A stretch of 63,073 bases of DNA, counting the filler, from Licmophora abbreviata (Eukaryota), in NCBI GenBank assembly GCA_900291995.1. It is 15 parts of 15 records of this genome, joined end to end, with 100 filler letters (N's around TTAATTAATTAA, not from the genome) between each part and the next. Parts side by side here need not be neighbours in the genome. Positions count along the whole stretch, not along the records: positions 1 to 3,719 come from OLMU01001900.1; positions 3,820 to 7,433 come from OLMU01001902.1; positions 7,534 to 9,626 come from OLMU01001903.1; positions 9,727 to 12,999 come from OLMU01001904.1; 11 more parts are not named here. One strand, given 5' to 3'. The notes below the pieces were generated by a model that saw nothing but the letters and a program-made list of their open reading frames with translations, did no database searches and was not told the DNA's origin. A program made the position numbers and the translations under genes. Of the stretch, positions 1 through 11,058 are shown in pieces. Each line of letters begins with the position of its first letter. The first letter of the stretch is position 1.

Positions 1-190
1 CGTCGAGAGCCGCATTGACCGATACCAACAGCTCCGGTGTTGAGGTGCCGAAGCCGACAATAACAAGCCCGATCAATAGCTTGGAGATACCCATGCGTTC
101 CGCCAAGGCGACCGAGCCGCGCACCAGCCCCTCGCCGCCGACAAACAAAAGACCAAGGCCACCGGCCACGAGAAGGAGATCGTCGAGCAT
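1..190 (-). CDS. Calcium/sodium antiporter (YrbG/CaCA family), 5' part; runs off window
   Basis: Manual translation from ATG at 190: MLDDLLLVAGGLGLLFVGGEGLVRGSVALAERMGISKLLIGLVIVGFGTSTPELLVS, containing the alpha-1 motif GTSxPEL. Confidence 0.85.
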   Translation of the reverse strand, partial: MLDDLLLVAGGLGLLFVGGEGLVRGSVALAERMGISKLLIGLVIVGFGTSTPELLVSVNAALD

Positions 191-391
191 GCAAGTTCCT
201 GTTCGCTGCATATCGGCGGTGATGTTCAAACGCCGTGCTGGAGCACGTAAGAAGGAGGTTGGCAAAAAGAAACACGGCCATCAGAAATTTGTCGCAAGGC
301 GTTGGTAATAGGGCGATATGACCAAGCACGTTTGGGTTGCAATTGGACGCGTGGAGCATGATATCCCGGCCAAGACCTTGAAAGGGAAGAG

Positions 392-1012
392 ATGCAGCGC
401 GGGGATGAGAGAAAACGCAGGCCTTCGCTGTCGCTGCCGATCTTGCGGACATCGCGGAGTCAGCATCTGGCGGGGACGCTGACGCTTGGGAATCTGCTGT
501 CGGAGCTTGGGGAGGCGTCGTTCGGATGGGCGATCGTTGTGTTTTCTTTGCTGACACTTTTGCCGCTTCCGCCGGGGGCCACGCTGATTACGGCGCTGCC
601 GCTGCTGGTCACGACCGGGCAAATGATGCTGGGATATCCGCATGTTAAGCTGCCCGGGCGACTGGCGCGGCTGAGCATCGAGCAAGAGAAACTTCGGCGC
701 ACGGTGTTGCGTCTGAGGCCGGTGACGCGGCGGTTGGAGAGGGTGCTGACGCCGCGCTACTCGGCGTTTTTTGCGCGGCGCAATGAGCGGCCGATGGGGC
801 TTTTGCTGTTCGTGATCGCCTTCGCGTTGTTTCTGCCCTTGCCGCTAAGTGGTTGGTTTCCCGCGATTTCCTTGTTTGTTGTGGGGGTTGGGCTGGTGGA
901 GCGGGATGGGCTGGTCAGTCTGTTGGGGCTTGGCTTTGGTGTGGCCTCGGTGATGCTGACGGCGGTGATCCTGATTTCGATTGTTATTGAAGCGGATGCG
1001 ATGCTTCATTGA
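392..1012 (+). CDS. exoD: ExoD-family exopolysaccharide-related membrane protein
   Basis: 206 aa hydrophobic ORF with LLPLPPG, GQMMLG..LP, LPLPLSGWFPAI and GLVERDG motifs. Confidence 0.8.
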   Translation: MQRGDERKRRPSLSLPILRTSRSQHLAGTLTLGNLLSELGEASFGWAIVVFSLLTLLPLPPGATLITALPLLVTTGQMMLGYPHVKLPGRLARLSIEQEKLRRTVLRLRPVTRRLERVLTPRYSAFFARRNERPMGLLLFVIAFALFLPLPLSGWFPAISLFVVGVGLVERDGLVSLLGLGFGVASVMLTAVILISIVIEADAMLH

Positions 1013-1093
1013 TGTGATGCTTTAGCTTCGCCAGATAAATATCTTTGCAATTTAGGGAAAATGAGATGCCCTATGGGAAGTGAGGTGGGGGTC

Positions 1094-1393
1094 ATGTCCG
1101 GAATTCGCGCCCTTTGGCGAGGGGATGTATCGCTGTCCGAGGCGTTCTGGACCTGGGCGCTGATGCTGGGGCTTGCTGTCAACGCAGTCACAAGTATAGC
1201 ATTCATGGCGTTGATTTCATTTGATTATCCAATCCCGGCATTGCTTGTCGGCTATGGGATTTCGCTGCCTTATAACATGGTTGCGGTGGTCGGGGTCTGG
1301 CGTGCGGCGGCGCGATATGAGGGGCCGACGCTGCATGCGGATCTGGCACGCGGGGGGACGGTGGCGCTGATGGGGATATTGAGTGTCACCTGA
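1094..1393 (+). CDS. Small hypothetical membrane protein
   Basis: RALWRGDVSLSEAFW...VGVWRAAARYEG, about 3 TM segments, purine-rich RBS before ATG 1094. Confidence 0.65.
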   Translation: MSGIRALWRGDVSLSEAFWTWALMLGLAVNAVTSIAFMALISFDYPIPALLVGYGISLPYNMVAVVGVWRAAARYEGPTLHADLARGGTVALMGILSVT

Positions 1394-1524
1394 CGGGGCG
1401 CGCGGGTGCGGGATGTGTAGGGTTCGTACCAATCCTACGCGGGTTTCGTACAAAATCGGGGGCTGCCCGGCGCATTTGTGTCCCTTTGGTACGCAACTGC
1501 CCGAGAGGGTGCCGAAAGACCCAC

Positions 1525-3917
1525 TCAGCCGAAAGCGCAGAGCGCCGGCATTTTGAGACCGGCATCGGCCAGTGTGCGGTCGATCCAGCTGACCTGATCG
1601 CGGTCGACACGTTTTCTTGCGGCGCGGGTCTTGAGGATCGGGCGGGCCAGTGTGAAACTCTCCAGCGAGCCGGCGGTCGCCTTGAGCAGACAGTGCCGCA
1701 GCGAGCGCCGGTTTTCGGCGGACAGTGCGCGCAACGCCATGCGTCCGGGAAAGAAGCTTTCGCAGGGCAGGCCATTGGCGACGATCACCTCATGCGCGGC
1801 AAACATGATGTGGTGATAGGTGACTTTGCGGCATCCTTCCATCTGACGCACGCCGGGCAGGCCCAAAAGGGCAATGGCGGGGGCGAAAACACCGGAGTGG
1901 TGATCGGTGTCGGGCAGCAGGATGCGATGCTGCGGGGATACCTTGAGGTCGGTCGCGGGCAGGCCGTGGCCCAAAGCGCCTGCCTTGATGATGATCGGCT
2001 TGTCGGAATGGGGCGAGGCATCCCAGGACATTTTTGTATGCGAGGCCCAGATCAGGGGGCGGAAGCCGTGGTCAATGGTGCGGACCATATCGCCCGCCGC
2101 CAGCTTTTCGACCGGGACGAGACCGCGCGGCGTGTCGATCAGCGTGCCATCGGCAAAGCAGATCACGCCGGTATTGTCGGCGTTGAAAAACGTGGGCGAA
2201 CCCGAGGCGCCGGTAAAGACAAGGCCTTCGTTGCCGGGGATGGCGTCGGTGTCGAATTGGGTGTTGTCGGAATAATCGACCGCGTTGCCTTGGGTGTCGG
2301 TGATGTTCGACTGGTTGAGGATGCCGTCATCCTCTTGGTCCGCCCAGAGTTCGAACAGGTGATCGTAAAAGCCGGACAGGTCGATGAAATCGTTGTTGGT
2401 GGTATCCCCATCATTGATGGGGCCGGTATTGCCGGTATTGAAATCCGAGATCGTGTCGAGCCCGTCGCCCGGTATATAGTTGAAAAAGTCATCACCCGCC
2501 CCGCCGGTCAGAAGGTCATTGCCCGCGTCGCCGGTGATCGTGTCGCTGCCCTGGCCGCCGGTGATCGTGTCGTCGCCGTCAAAGCCCCACAGGTCCACCC
2601 CGACCAGATCGCCGGAGGCGTCGATCGTGTCGGCCCCCGAGGAGCCTTCGATGGCTTCGATGCTGGAGAAGACGCCCTGATCGGGGTTGGCGTCGAGATC
2701 GGTATAGGTGCCGCTGCCTGTGCCGGTGAAGAGCACGTTCAACGGGTCATCCGAGCTGGTGGCCGAAAGCGTATCGGTGCCGCTGCCGCCGTCGATGGTG
2801 CTGTCGCCGAAGCCGACGAAGAACACATCGTCGCCCGCGCCGCCCGACAGCGTGTTGTTGCCGTTGCCTTCGGTCAGGGTGTCGTCGCCATCGCCGGTGT
2901 CGATGTCGATATCATCGGTTATGAAATTGCCGTTGAAGACATCGCCCTGATCGGTGAAGACGATCTCTTCTATCTCGCTGAAACTGGCGGAATTCGCCCC
3001 GAGGATCGCGGTGCCGCTTTCGCCGCCTGTGAGGGTGACGGTGATGCCGCTGCCAGTGATGCCGGAGGCGTCGAGCACGTCCACATCGAGGCCGTCGGTA
3101 TCTTCGCCGCCGAAAATGACATCGTCGCGGAAGTCATTGGACAGCTGGATGCGGTCGCTGCCGCCGCCCGCGAAGATCTGATCGTCGCCCGTGCCGCCAT
3201 CGATCGTGTCGTTGCCGTCGTTGGTTGTGTCGGGCGGGGAGGTCACGGTGACGGTGATGTTGTCGATCACCAGATCGGTGTTGACGGTGCCGGAGGATGT
3301 CGGGTTCGAGAAGCGCAGGGTCGTGGCGCTGCCGGTCGCGGTGAAATCAACCGTGATCGTCTGGCTGGTGCCGTTGGCGACAACGACGGTCTGGGTGCCG
3401 AGCACCAGCCCGTTGGCGTCGAGGACATCGACCACAAGGGTGTGAGAGGCGACGGCGCTGCCGAATTCGGCGGCATCGAGGGAAAGCTGGTAATCAACGC
3501 CAGGTTGGGTGGTGACGGTCTGTTGGGCCACGCCACCGACGCCACTGTCTGCGGCATTGAAGGCCAGGAACTCGTCATAGGCAAAGGTGCTGCCACCGCC
3601 GCTGATCGTCCAGCCGGTGGTCGTGTTGCTGGCGAAATCGCCGTTGACCACATCGACATCGGCAAAGGGGCCCGTGTCGCCCAGGATGGTGTCGTTGCCG
3701 GCGCCGCCAAGAAGGGAGTNNNNNNNNNNNNNNNNNNNNNNNNNNNNNNNNNNNNNNNNNNNNTTAATTAATTAANNNNNNNNNNNNNNNNNNNNNNNNN
3801 NNNNNNNNNNNNNNNNNNNACCAGATCGGCTGCCGCGTCCGAGATGTTGTCCGATTCCGTTGTGTCGATCTCGGTCGGACTGATCCCCAGAGAGATGACT
3901 TCAAAACTCGTCGCCAT
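1525..3917 (-). CDS. Secreted RTX-repeat protein with C-terminal Hint (bacterial intein-like) domain; interrupted by gap 3720-3819
   Basis: GGxGxD Ca-binding repeats; Hint motifs VICFADGTLIDTPRG, VSPQHRIL, HEVIVANGLPCESF; N-terminus MATSFEVISLGISPTEIDTTE read from ATG 3917 on the far side of the gap. Confidence 0.85.
3720..3819. other. Artificial scaffold gap linker, first of 14 (others start at 7434, 9627, 13000, 20743, 23620, 30001, 32890, 36958, 42117, 44193, 47193, 49773, 55864)
   Basis: Each is 100 bp of N flanking TTAATTAATTAA, which gives stops in all six frames. Confidence 0.98.
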
Positions 3918-4315
3918 TGCTTACTGCCCACTCATACTCAATTCCGGAATGGGCCAAGCGATCTTTATGCGCCGCTTTTTCATGTCGCGTCGGAACGTGC
4001 CAAAATCGGCATCCGACGCATCAAGAACCCAAATTCCGAACAGTCGTCCTTTATTCTCAGGTTTTGTCTCGAATTGAAAACAATATCGTATGAGAATGTG
4101 GTGATATTGTGGCAAGGTCTGAAGAAAGTAAAGTTGAGGATGGCCGGGGCAACCTGTGCGTGTGGGGCGGCGCCTTGTTTGGAAAACAAGGAAATTTCGG
4201 GCTGGAGGTGCCCGAAGTCGATAGCCCGCGAAATCGGTGATCTCGCGTAGGGCGCGCGCGTGCAGGCGGGTCAGAGCGCCATGATCGAACGGAGCCCTGC
4301 ATGTCGCGAAACGCT

Positions 4316-5029
4316 TTATTGGCTCAGCATATCCTTGAGTGTGAGGTTGGAGGTATCGGTCACGTCGAAGCGCAGGGCCGAGTGCAGTTCGACAAGATGG
4401 CTGCGCATCAGCTCTTCGGCTTCGTCGGCATCGTTGCGTTCGATCGCGTCGATCAGGGCGTTGTGACAGCTCTCGTCGCAGCGGGTGCTGGAGCGGGTCC
4501 AGTAGAGCGCGATGATGAGGGACGAGCGGGACACGAGGTTCTCGATCATCCCGGCGATGGTGCGCTGATTGGCGATCTGAGCGATCATCACGTGAAAGCG
4601 TCCCGATAGCCGTAGGGCGCGGCCCGATTCATTGCGGCTCATGGCATCGTGTTCTTCTTGCGCGTGACGGCGCAGGGCGCGGATGTCGGACTGGTTGGCA
4701 TGGAGTGCCGCCTCACGGGCCGAGCGCGGTTCCAGCAATTCGCGCGCCTCGAACACCTCACGCGCCTCGCGGGGCGAGGGGTTGGCGACGCTGGCGCCGC
4801 GATTCGGGCGCAGTGTCACCAGGTGGGAATGCGCAAGCGCCTGCAGCCCGCTGCGCACGATGGTGCGCGACACGCCGTAGAATTCGGCCAGATCGGTTTC
4901 CGCCAGACGGGTGCCGGGGGGCAGGCGTTGTTCGAGAATGGCCTGTTCGACGCCTGTATAGACGGGGTTTTGCACAAACTCGGCTTCGATTCTGCTGGCG
5001 AAGTCCGCTTCTTGTTGCGTCATGCTCAT
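4316..5029 (-). CDS. GntR-family (FCD) transcriptional regulator
   Basis: wHTH LPPGTRLAETDLAEFYGVSRTIVR; FCD motifs EVFEARELLE, FHVMIA, MRSHL. Confidence 0.9.
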   Translation of the reverse strand: MSMTQQEADFASRIEAEFVQNPVYTGVEQAILEQRLPPGTRLAETDLAEFYGVSRTIVRSGLQALAHSHLVTLRPNRGASVANPSPREAREVFEARELLEPRSAREAALHANQSDIRALRRHAQEEHDAMSRNESGRALRLSGRFHVMIAQIANQRTIAGMIENLVSRSSLIIALYWTRSSTRCDESCHNALIDAIERNDADEAEELMRSHLVELHSALRFDVTDTSNLTLKDMLSQ

Positions 5030-5046
5030 GGGGTGCCCGTTGACGG

Positions 5047-5236
5047 TTGTATACAGTTTGCGACTGTCTTTGTGGCCCTTTTGAAGCCGATTGTCATCCC
5101 CTGTTCCATGCCTTTGGGTTCGGCGACATTTCACGCCTTGCAAACGGGCATCTCACATCATGAATGAACAAAAATAATGCACTTGTGAACTTTTTGAATT
5201 GAAAACGTATACAATCTGGCAATCAGTTGTCGACGT
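5047..5236. promoter_or_regulatory. Candidate GntR operators and NtrC-like box in divergent promoter region
   Basis: TTGTATACAG (5047), ACGTATACAA (5205), TTGTCGACGT (5227); TGAACAAAAATAATGCA (5165-5181) matches TGCACCAAAATGGTGCA at 13/17. Confidence 0.45.
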
Positions 5237-5317
5237 GAGTGGGTGACCTCTCATTCTCCGATCAGGGACACGGCCAACGACCGCGGCTTGGTCCGGACGT
5301 TCAACAGGAGTTATGAC

Positions 5318-6967
5318 ATGAGGACTATCTTGTACCGATCCTCTGCGATCGCATTGACGGCAGCCGTTCTGGCAGCTGGACCGGTCTGGGCCGAAAAGAC
5401 CCTGACAATCGGCATGACAGCGGCGGATATCCCGCGCACATCGGGCCAGCCCGATCAGGGCTTCGAGGGCAACCGGTTCACCGGCATCCCGATGTATGAC
5501 GCGCTGACACATTGGGACCTGTCGTCGGAAACCGAGGCGAGCGGCATCGTGCAGGGCCTTGCGACGGCTTGGGAAGTGAACCCCGATGATACGACGAAAT
5601 GGACCTTCACCCTGCGCGAGGGCGTGACGTTCCATGATGGATCGCCGTTCAATGCCGATGCGGTGGTGTGGAACGTGCAGAAGGTGCTGGATGAAGCTGC
5701 GCCGCATTTCGCCCCGGATCAGGTGGGCGCCACGAAATCGCGGATGCCGACCCTGGCCTCGGCGCGGGCAATCGACGAGCTGACGGTCGAGCTGACCACG
5801 ACGCAGCCCGACAGCTTCCTGCCGCTGAACATGACGATGCTGTTCATGGCCTCGCCGACCCATTGGCAGACGCTGTATGACGCGGTGGATGCGGCGATCA
5901 CCGATCCCAAGGAGCGCGCGGCTGCGGCGTGGACGGCGTTTACGTTCGATCCGTCGGGCACCGGCCCGTTCGAGGGCGATCTTTTCGTTCCGCGCGAGCG
6001 CTTCGAGATGGTGAAGAACGAGAATTACTGGGACCCGGCGCGCACCCCCACGATCGACCGCGTGGTTCTGGTGCCGTTGCCCGATGCCAATGCCCGCACG
6101 GCGGCGCTGCTGTCGGGGCAGGTGGACTGGATCGAGGCCCCAGCCCCGGATGCGATCCCGCGTATCCAGAGCGAAGGCAACGTGATCTATTCGAACCCGC
6201 AGCCGCATGTCTGGCCGTGGCAGTTGTCGTTCCACGAAGGCTCGCCCTGGTTGGACAAGCGCGTGCGTCACGCGGCCAACCTGTGTGTCAATCGCGAGGA
6301 GCTTCAGGTTCTGCTGGGCGGCTACATGGGCATTCCCAAGGGCTCGGTCGAGCCGGGGCATCCGTGGTGGGGCAACCCGTCGTTCGACATCCGCTACGAT
6401 CCCGACGCCGCACGTGCGCTGATGAATGAAGCGGGCTTCTCGGCAGAGAACCCGATCAAGGTGAAGGTGCAGACATCGGCTTCCGGTTCCGGTCAGATGC
6501 AGCCGGTCACGATGAACGAATACGTGCAGCAGGGCCTGCGAGACTGCTTCTTCGATGTCGAACTGGACGTGATCGAATGGAACACGCTCTTCACCAACTG
6601 GCGCAAGGGCGCTGCGGATGAAAGCGCGCGCGGGGCGCATGCGATCAACGTGTCCTTCGCGACGATGGATCCGTTCTTTGCCATGGTGCGGTTCGTGTCG
6701 ACCGGGACCTTCCCGCCGGTGTCCAACAATTGGGGTCTGTTCGGCAATGACGAGTTCGACGCGCTGATCGCGGATGCGCGGACGTCGTTTGCGGATGCGG
6801 ATCGGGATGCGGCGCTGGCCCGTCTGCATACGCGGATCGTGGAAGAGGCGCCGTTCGTCTGGATCGCCCACGATGTCGGCCCGCGCGCCATGTCGTCCAA
6901 GGTCGGCAATGTGACCCAGCCGAAGAACTGGTTCATCGATATCGCGCCGATGACCATCGAAGAGTGA
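5318..6967 (+). CDS. ABC transporter substrate-binding protein, family 5 (peptide/opine/nickel type)
   Basis: Signal peptide; LATAWEV..WTFTLREGVTFHDGSPFNADAV and GTGPF motifs. Confidence 0.92.
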   Translation: MRTILYRSSAIALTAAVLAAGPVWAEKTLTIGMTAADIPRTSGQPDQGFEGNRFTGIPMYDALTHWDLSSETEASGIVQGLATAWEVNPDDTTKWTFTLREGVTFHDGSPFNADAVVWNVQKVLDEAAPHFAPDQVGATKSRMPTLASARAIDELTVELTTTQPDSFLPLNMTMLFMASPTHWQTLYDAVDAAITDPKERAAAAWTAFTFDPSGTGPFEGDLFVPRERFEMVKNENYWDPARTPTIDRVVLVPLPDANARTAALLSGQVDWIEAPAPDAIPRIQSEGNVIYSNPQPHVWPWQLSFHEGSPWLDKRVRHAANLCVNREELQVLLGGYMGIPKGSVEPGHPWWGNPSFDIRYDPDAARALMNEAGFSAENPIKVKVQTSASGSGQMQPVTMNEYVQQGLRDCFFDVELDVIEWNTLFTNWRKGAADESARGAHAINVSFATMDPFFAMVRFVSTGTFPPVSNNWGLFGNDEFDALIADARTSFADADRDAALARLHTRIVEEAPFVWIAHDVGPRAMSSKVGNVTQPKNWFIDIAPMTIEE

Positions 6968-6982
6968 TCTCTTGCACCCATC

Positions 6983-7017
6983 GGGGTCGTCCCTGCAAAT
7001 GGGACGGCCCCCTTTTT
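6983..7017 (+). terminator. Stem-loop with U-tract after SBP gene
   Basis: GGGGTCGTCCC-tgcaaat-GGGACGGCCCC then CTTTTT. Confidence 0.7.
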
Positions 7018-7034
7018 GACAGGCTGACTTGCCC

Positions 7035-8085
7035 ATGATTTCGTTCATCCTGCGCCGCGTCGTCTATACAGTGCCGATCATGCTTGGCGTATCGCTGGTC
7101 TGTTTCGCGCTGGTCCATATCTCGCCCGGTGATCCGCTGGTGTCGATCCTGCCGCCGGATGCGTCGGTGGAGTTGCAGGAACAGATGATGGCGATCTACG
7201 GCTTTGACCGGTCCTACCCTGAGCAGTTCATGCGCTGGCTGGGGCTGGCGGTTCAGGGGGATCTGGGCAATTCGATCGCCACCGGGCGGCCTGTGGCGAC
7301 GGAAGTGTTCAACGCGGTCGGCAATACGCTGATCCTGGCTGTGACGGCGACCATCATCGGGTTCACGCTGGGGGGGCTTTTCGGGTTCGTGGCGGGGTAT
7401 TTCCGCGACAGCTGGATCGACAAGCTGGCCACCNNNNNNNNNNNNNNNNNNNNNNNNNNNNNNNNNNNNNNNNNNNNTTAATTAATTAANNNNNNNNNNN
7501 NNNNNNNNNNNNNNNNNNNNNNNNNNNNNNNNNATTTCGGTGATCGGCGTGTCGGTGCCGCATTACTGGCTGGGCATGGTGATGGTCATCATCTTTTCGG
7601 TCGAGCTGCGCTGGCTGCCGGCGACGGGCGCGGGTCCGGGCGGGTCGAGCCAATGGGTCTGGGACTGGGAGCACATGCAGTATCTGATCCTGCCGGCGGT
7701 CACCATGTCGGTGATCCCCATGGGGATCGTCGCGCGCACGGTGCGCGCGCTGGTGGCCGATATCCTGCACCAGGAGTTCGTCGCGGGGCTGCGGGCCAAG
7801 GGCCTGCTGGATCGCGGCGTGCTCGCGCATGTCATCAAGAACGCGGCGCCCACGGCGCTGGCGGTGATGGGGTTGCAGCTGGGCTATCTGCTGGGCGGGT
7901 CGATCCTGATCGAGACGGTGTTTTCGTGGCCGGGCACGGGCTTCTTGCTGGGGCAGGCCATTTTCCAGCGTGATCTGCCGCTGCTGCAGGGCACGATCCT
8001 GGTGCTGGCGATGTTTTTCGTGATCCTCAACCTGTTGGTGGATGTGGCGCAGACCGCGCTTGATCCGCGCTTGCAAAGGGGCTGA
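7035..8085 (+). CDS. ABC permease (DppB-like), interrupted by gap
   Basis: PGDP, GDLGNS, EAA-like RAKGL loop, IETVFSWPG, QRDLP. Confidence 0.9.
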
Positions 8086-8088
8086 GCC

Positions 8089-8976
8089 ATGGCCGTGACC
8101 GCAGAGAGCATCACGCAGCTTGCAACTGTCGAGAAATCACGAGGCTATTGGCGCTCGGTCGGCGCCCGGTTCCTGCGCGACAAGGTCGCGGTCTGTGCCG
8201 GGCTTGTCGCGGCGGGGCTGATCCTGATGGCGATCTTCGCGCCATGGATCGCGCCGGCAGATCCTTTGGATGGCAGCATGATAAAGCGGCTGTCGCCCAT
8301 CGGGACCGAAGGCTATCCGCTGGGCGCCGACGAGTTGGGGCGCGACATGCTGAGCCGCCTGATCTATGGCGCGCGCCTGTCGCTCTTCATGGGGGTGGTG
8401 CCGGTTCTGATCGCCTTTGCCATCGGTGGCGCCATCGGTGTTGCCGCCGGGTATCTGGGGGGCTGGGTCAACACGATCACGATGCGCGTTCTGGATGTGC
8501 TGTATGCGTTTCCGTCGGTCCTTCTGGCGATTGCGATTTCGGGGGCGTTGGGCGCGGGTATTCTCAACGGGCTGTTGTCGCTGACGGTGGTGTTCATTCC
8601 ACCAATTGCGCGGGTGGCGGAAAGTGTGACCACGTCGGTGCGCAAGCTGGAATATATCGAGGCGGCGCAGGCCAGTGGCGCATCGAGCCTGCGGATCGTG
8701 CGCGATCACGTGTTGGGCAATGTTATGGGGCCGATCTTCGTCTATGCCACGAGCCTCATCTCGGTGTCGATGATCCTTGCGGCGGGCCTGTCGTTCCTGG
8801 GTCTGGGCGTCAGCCCGCCCAATGCGGAATGGGGCCTGATGCTGAACACGCTGCGCAACGCGATCTATCTGCAACCGTGGCTGGCGGCGCTGCCGGGGGT
8901 GATGATCTTTCTGACCTCGATCTCGTTCAACATGCTCAGCGATGGGCTGAGATCCGCCATGGATGTGAAGCAATGA
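8089..8976 (+). CDS. ABC permease (DppC-like)
   Basis: LGADELGRDMLSRLIYGARLSL, YIEAAQASGA, LSFLGLG. Confidence 0.92.
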   Translation: MAVTAESITQLATVEKSRGYWRSVGARFLRDKVAVCAGLVAAGLILMAIFAPWIAPADPLDGSMIKRLSPIGTEGYPLGADELGRDMLSRLIYGARLSLFMGVVPVLIAFAIGGAIGVAAGYLGGWVNTITMRVLDVLYAFPSVLLAIAISGALGAGILNGLLSLTVVFIPPIARVAESVTTSVRKLEYIEAAQASGASSLRIVRDHVLGNVMGPIFVYATSLISVSMILAAGLSFLGLGVSPPNAEWGLMLNTLRNAIYLQPWLAALPGVMIFLTSISFNMLSDGLRSAMDVKQ

Positions 8977-10042
8977 AGACCCCGATCCTGTCCGCCCACA
9001 ACCTCGTCAAGCATTTCAACGCCGGCGGTTTCGGCGCGGGCCGCAAGGTGGTGCGCGCGGTCGATGACGTGAGTTTCGAGCTGGCCCATGGCGAGACCCT
9101 TGGCGTCGTCGGCGAAAGCGGCTGCGGCAAGTCCACGACCGCGCGTCTGCTGGTGCAGCTTCTGACACCCGATAGCGGCGCGGTGCGGTATGACGGCAAG
9201 GTGGTTGGCCCGGAAATGCCGCTCAAGGCGTTTCGCAGCAAGGTGCAGATGGTGTTTCAGGACAGTTTCGCATCGCTGAACCCACGTATGACGATGATCG
9301 ACGCGGTGGCCTTCGGGCCGTCGGTGCATGGTGTGCCCAAGCCCGAGGCGCGGCGCAAGGCGCAGAGCCTTCTGGAGCGGGTCGGGCTGGATCCGGCGCG
9401 CTTTGGCGGGCGATATGCGCATGAATTGTCGGGCGGGCAGCGTCAGCGGGTCAATATCGCGCGCGCGCTGGCTTTCGATCCGCAAGTGATCGTGCTGGAC
9501 GAGGCGGTGTCGGCGCTGGACAAATCGGTCGAGGCACAGGTGTTGAACCTTTTGATGGATTTGCGGCGCGAGCGCGGTCTGACCTATGTGTTCATCAGTC
9601 ATGACCTGAACGTGGTGCGCCATATCNNNNNNNNNNNNNNNNNNNNNNNNNNNNNNNNNNNNNNNNNNNNTTAATTAATTAANNNNNNNNNNNNNNNNNN
9701 NNNNNNNNNNNNNNNNNNNNNNNNNNCCGGGTGATGGTCATGTATCTGGGGGAGGTGGCCGAAATCGGACCGGCGGAGCGTCTCTATACTGCGCCGCGCC
9801 ACCCCTATACCGAAGCGCTTCTGGCGGCGATGCCGTCGCTTGATCCGGACCGGCGGACGCTGGAGGCGCCGCTGGCAGGCGATCCGCCCAACCCGATTGA
9901 TCCGCCGCCGGGCTGTCGGTTCCATACGCGCTGTGCGCGTGCCTTTGGGCCTTGCGACAGCAAGGTGCCCGCACTGCATAGTCTGGGTGGAGGGCATCTT
10001 GCGGCCTGTCATCTGAATTCGACAAAGGAGCATGCCGCATGA
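8973..10042 (+). CDS. ABC ATP-binding protein (DppF-like), interrupted by gap
   Basis: GESGCGKST, LSGGQRQR, DEAVSALD, C-terminal HPYT and GCRFHTRC. Confidence 0.9.
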
Positions 10043-11058
10043 CGCCGCAGCCTTGCCCGAGCGAAACGCCTCTTGTGAAGGTGCGCGACCTGTGTGTGCG
10101 GTTTTCGGGCATCCCGCCGGTGCATGCGGTCAATTCGGTCAGCTTCGATCTGGCGGCAGGAGAGGTGCTGGGCATTCTGGGCGAAAGCGGATCGGGCAAG
10201 AGCGTGACGCTCAAGACCCTGCTGCGGCTCTTGCCGGAACGCAAGACCACCATCAGCGGGACGGTCGAGGTGGAGGGTCGGGACATCCTGTCTTTGCAGG
10301 GGCGCGCGCTGGCCGATCACCGTGGGGGAGTGGCGTCGATGATCTTTCAGGATCCGGCCCTTGCGTTGGATCCGGTCTACACGATCGGGCAGCAGATTGC
10401 CGAGACCGTGATCCGGCACGAGGGCGTCACCAGACGCGACGCCATGGCGCGTGCGCTCGAGATGCTCGAGCTGGTGCGGATCCCGTCGGCCAAACGGCGG
10501 CTGGACAATTACCCGCACGAGATGTCCGGGGGCATGCGGCAGCGTGCGATGATCGCGCTGGCGCTGGCGTGCAGGCCCAAGTTGCTGCTGGCGGATGAGC
10601 CGACAACGGCGCTGGATGCTACGGTGCAGATCCAGATCCTGCTGTTGTTGCGCGAGTTGCAACAGGAGATGGGCATGGGGGTGATTTTCGTGACCCATGA
10701 TATCGGTGTGGCGGTCGAGGTGTCGGACCGGCTGGCTGTGATGTATGCGGGGAGCTTTGTCGAAACGGGATCGGTTGCGGATATCATCTGCGATGCAAGG
10801 CACCCTTATTCGAAGGGGCTGTTGGCGGCCAACCTTGTGGGGGCGGTGCCGGGGACGCGGCTGGATGCGGTGCCCGGGGCGCCGCCGCCATTGAACGCCC
10901 TGCCGGAGGGGTGTTCCTTTGCGCCGCGCTGTGCCCATGCGGAACCCGCCTGCGGACTAAGCCCGCTGCCTGTCTGGACGGGTGGGGGCGGGCGTTGGGC
11001 CAGATGCGTTCAGGCCAGCCGCGCCGAGGCGTTGGCCGGTTCCGGAGCCCGCGCATGA
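10039..11058 (+). CDS. ABC ATP-binding protein (DppD-like)
   Basis: GESGSGKS, MSGGMRQR, ADEPTTALD, GCSFAPRC. Confidence 0.92.
   Translation: MTPQPCPSETPLVKVRDLCVRFSGIPPVHAVNSVSFDLAAGEVLGILGESGSGKSVTLKTLLRLLPERKTTISGTVEVEGRDILSLQGRALADHRGGVASMIFQDPALALDPVYTIGQQIAETVIRHEGVTRRDAMARALEMLELVRIPSAKRRLDNYPHEMSGGMRQRAMIALALACRPKLLLADEPTTALDATVQIQILLLLRELQQEMGMGVIFVTHDIGVAVEVSDRLAVMYAGSFVETGSVADIICDARHPYSKGLLAANLVGAVPGTRLDAVPGAPPPLNALPEGCSFAPRCAHAEPACGLSPLPVWTGGGGRWARCVQASRAEALAGSGARA

Noticed and set aside
1525..2160. Polymorphic toxin behind the Hint domain
   Set aside because: Only a short tail follows the Hint domain; no toxin motif or adjacent co-oriented immunity gene
1486..3771. 761-aa plus-strand ORF
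   Set aside because: Antisense shadow of the RTX/Hint gene with no motifs, typical of high-GC codon bias. The same applies to 5153-7048, 23883-25526 and 57841-59487 on the minus strand
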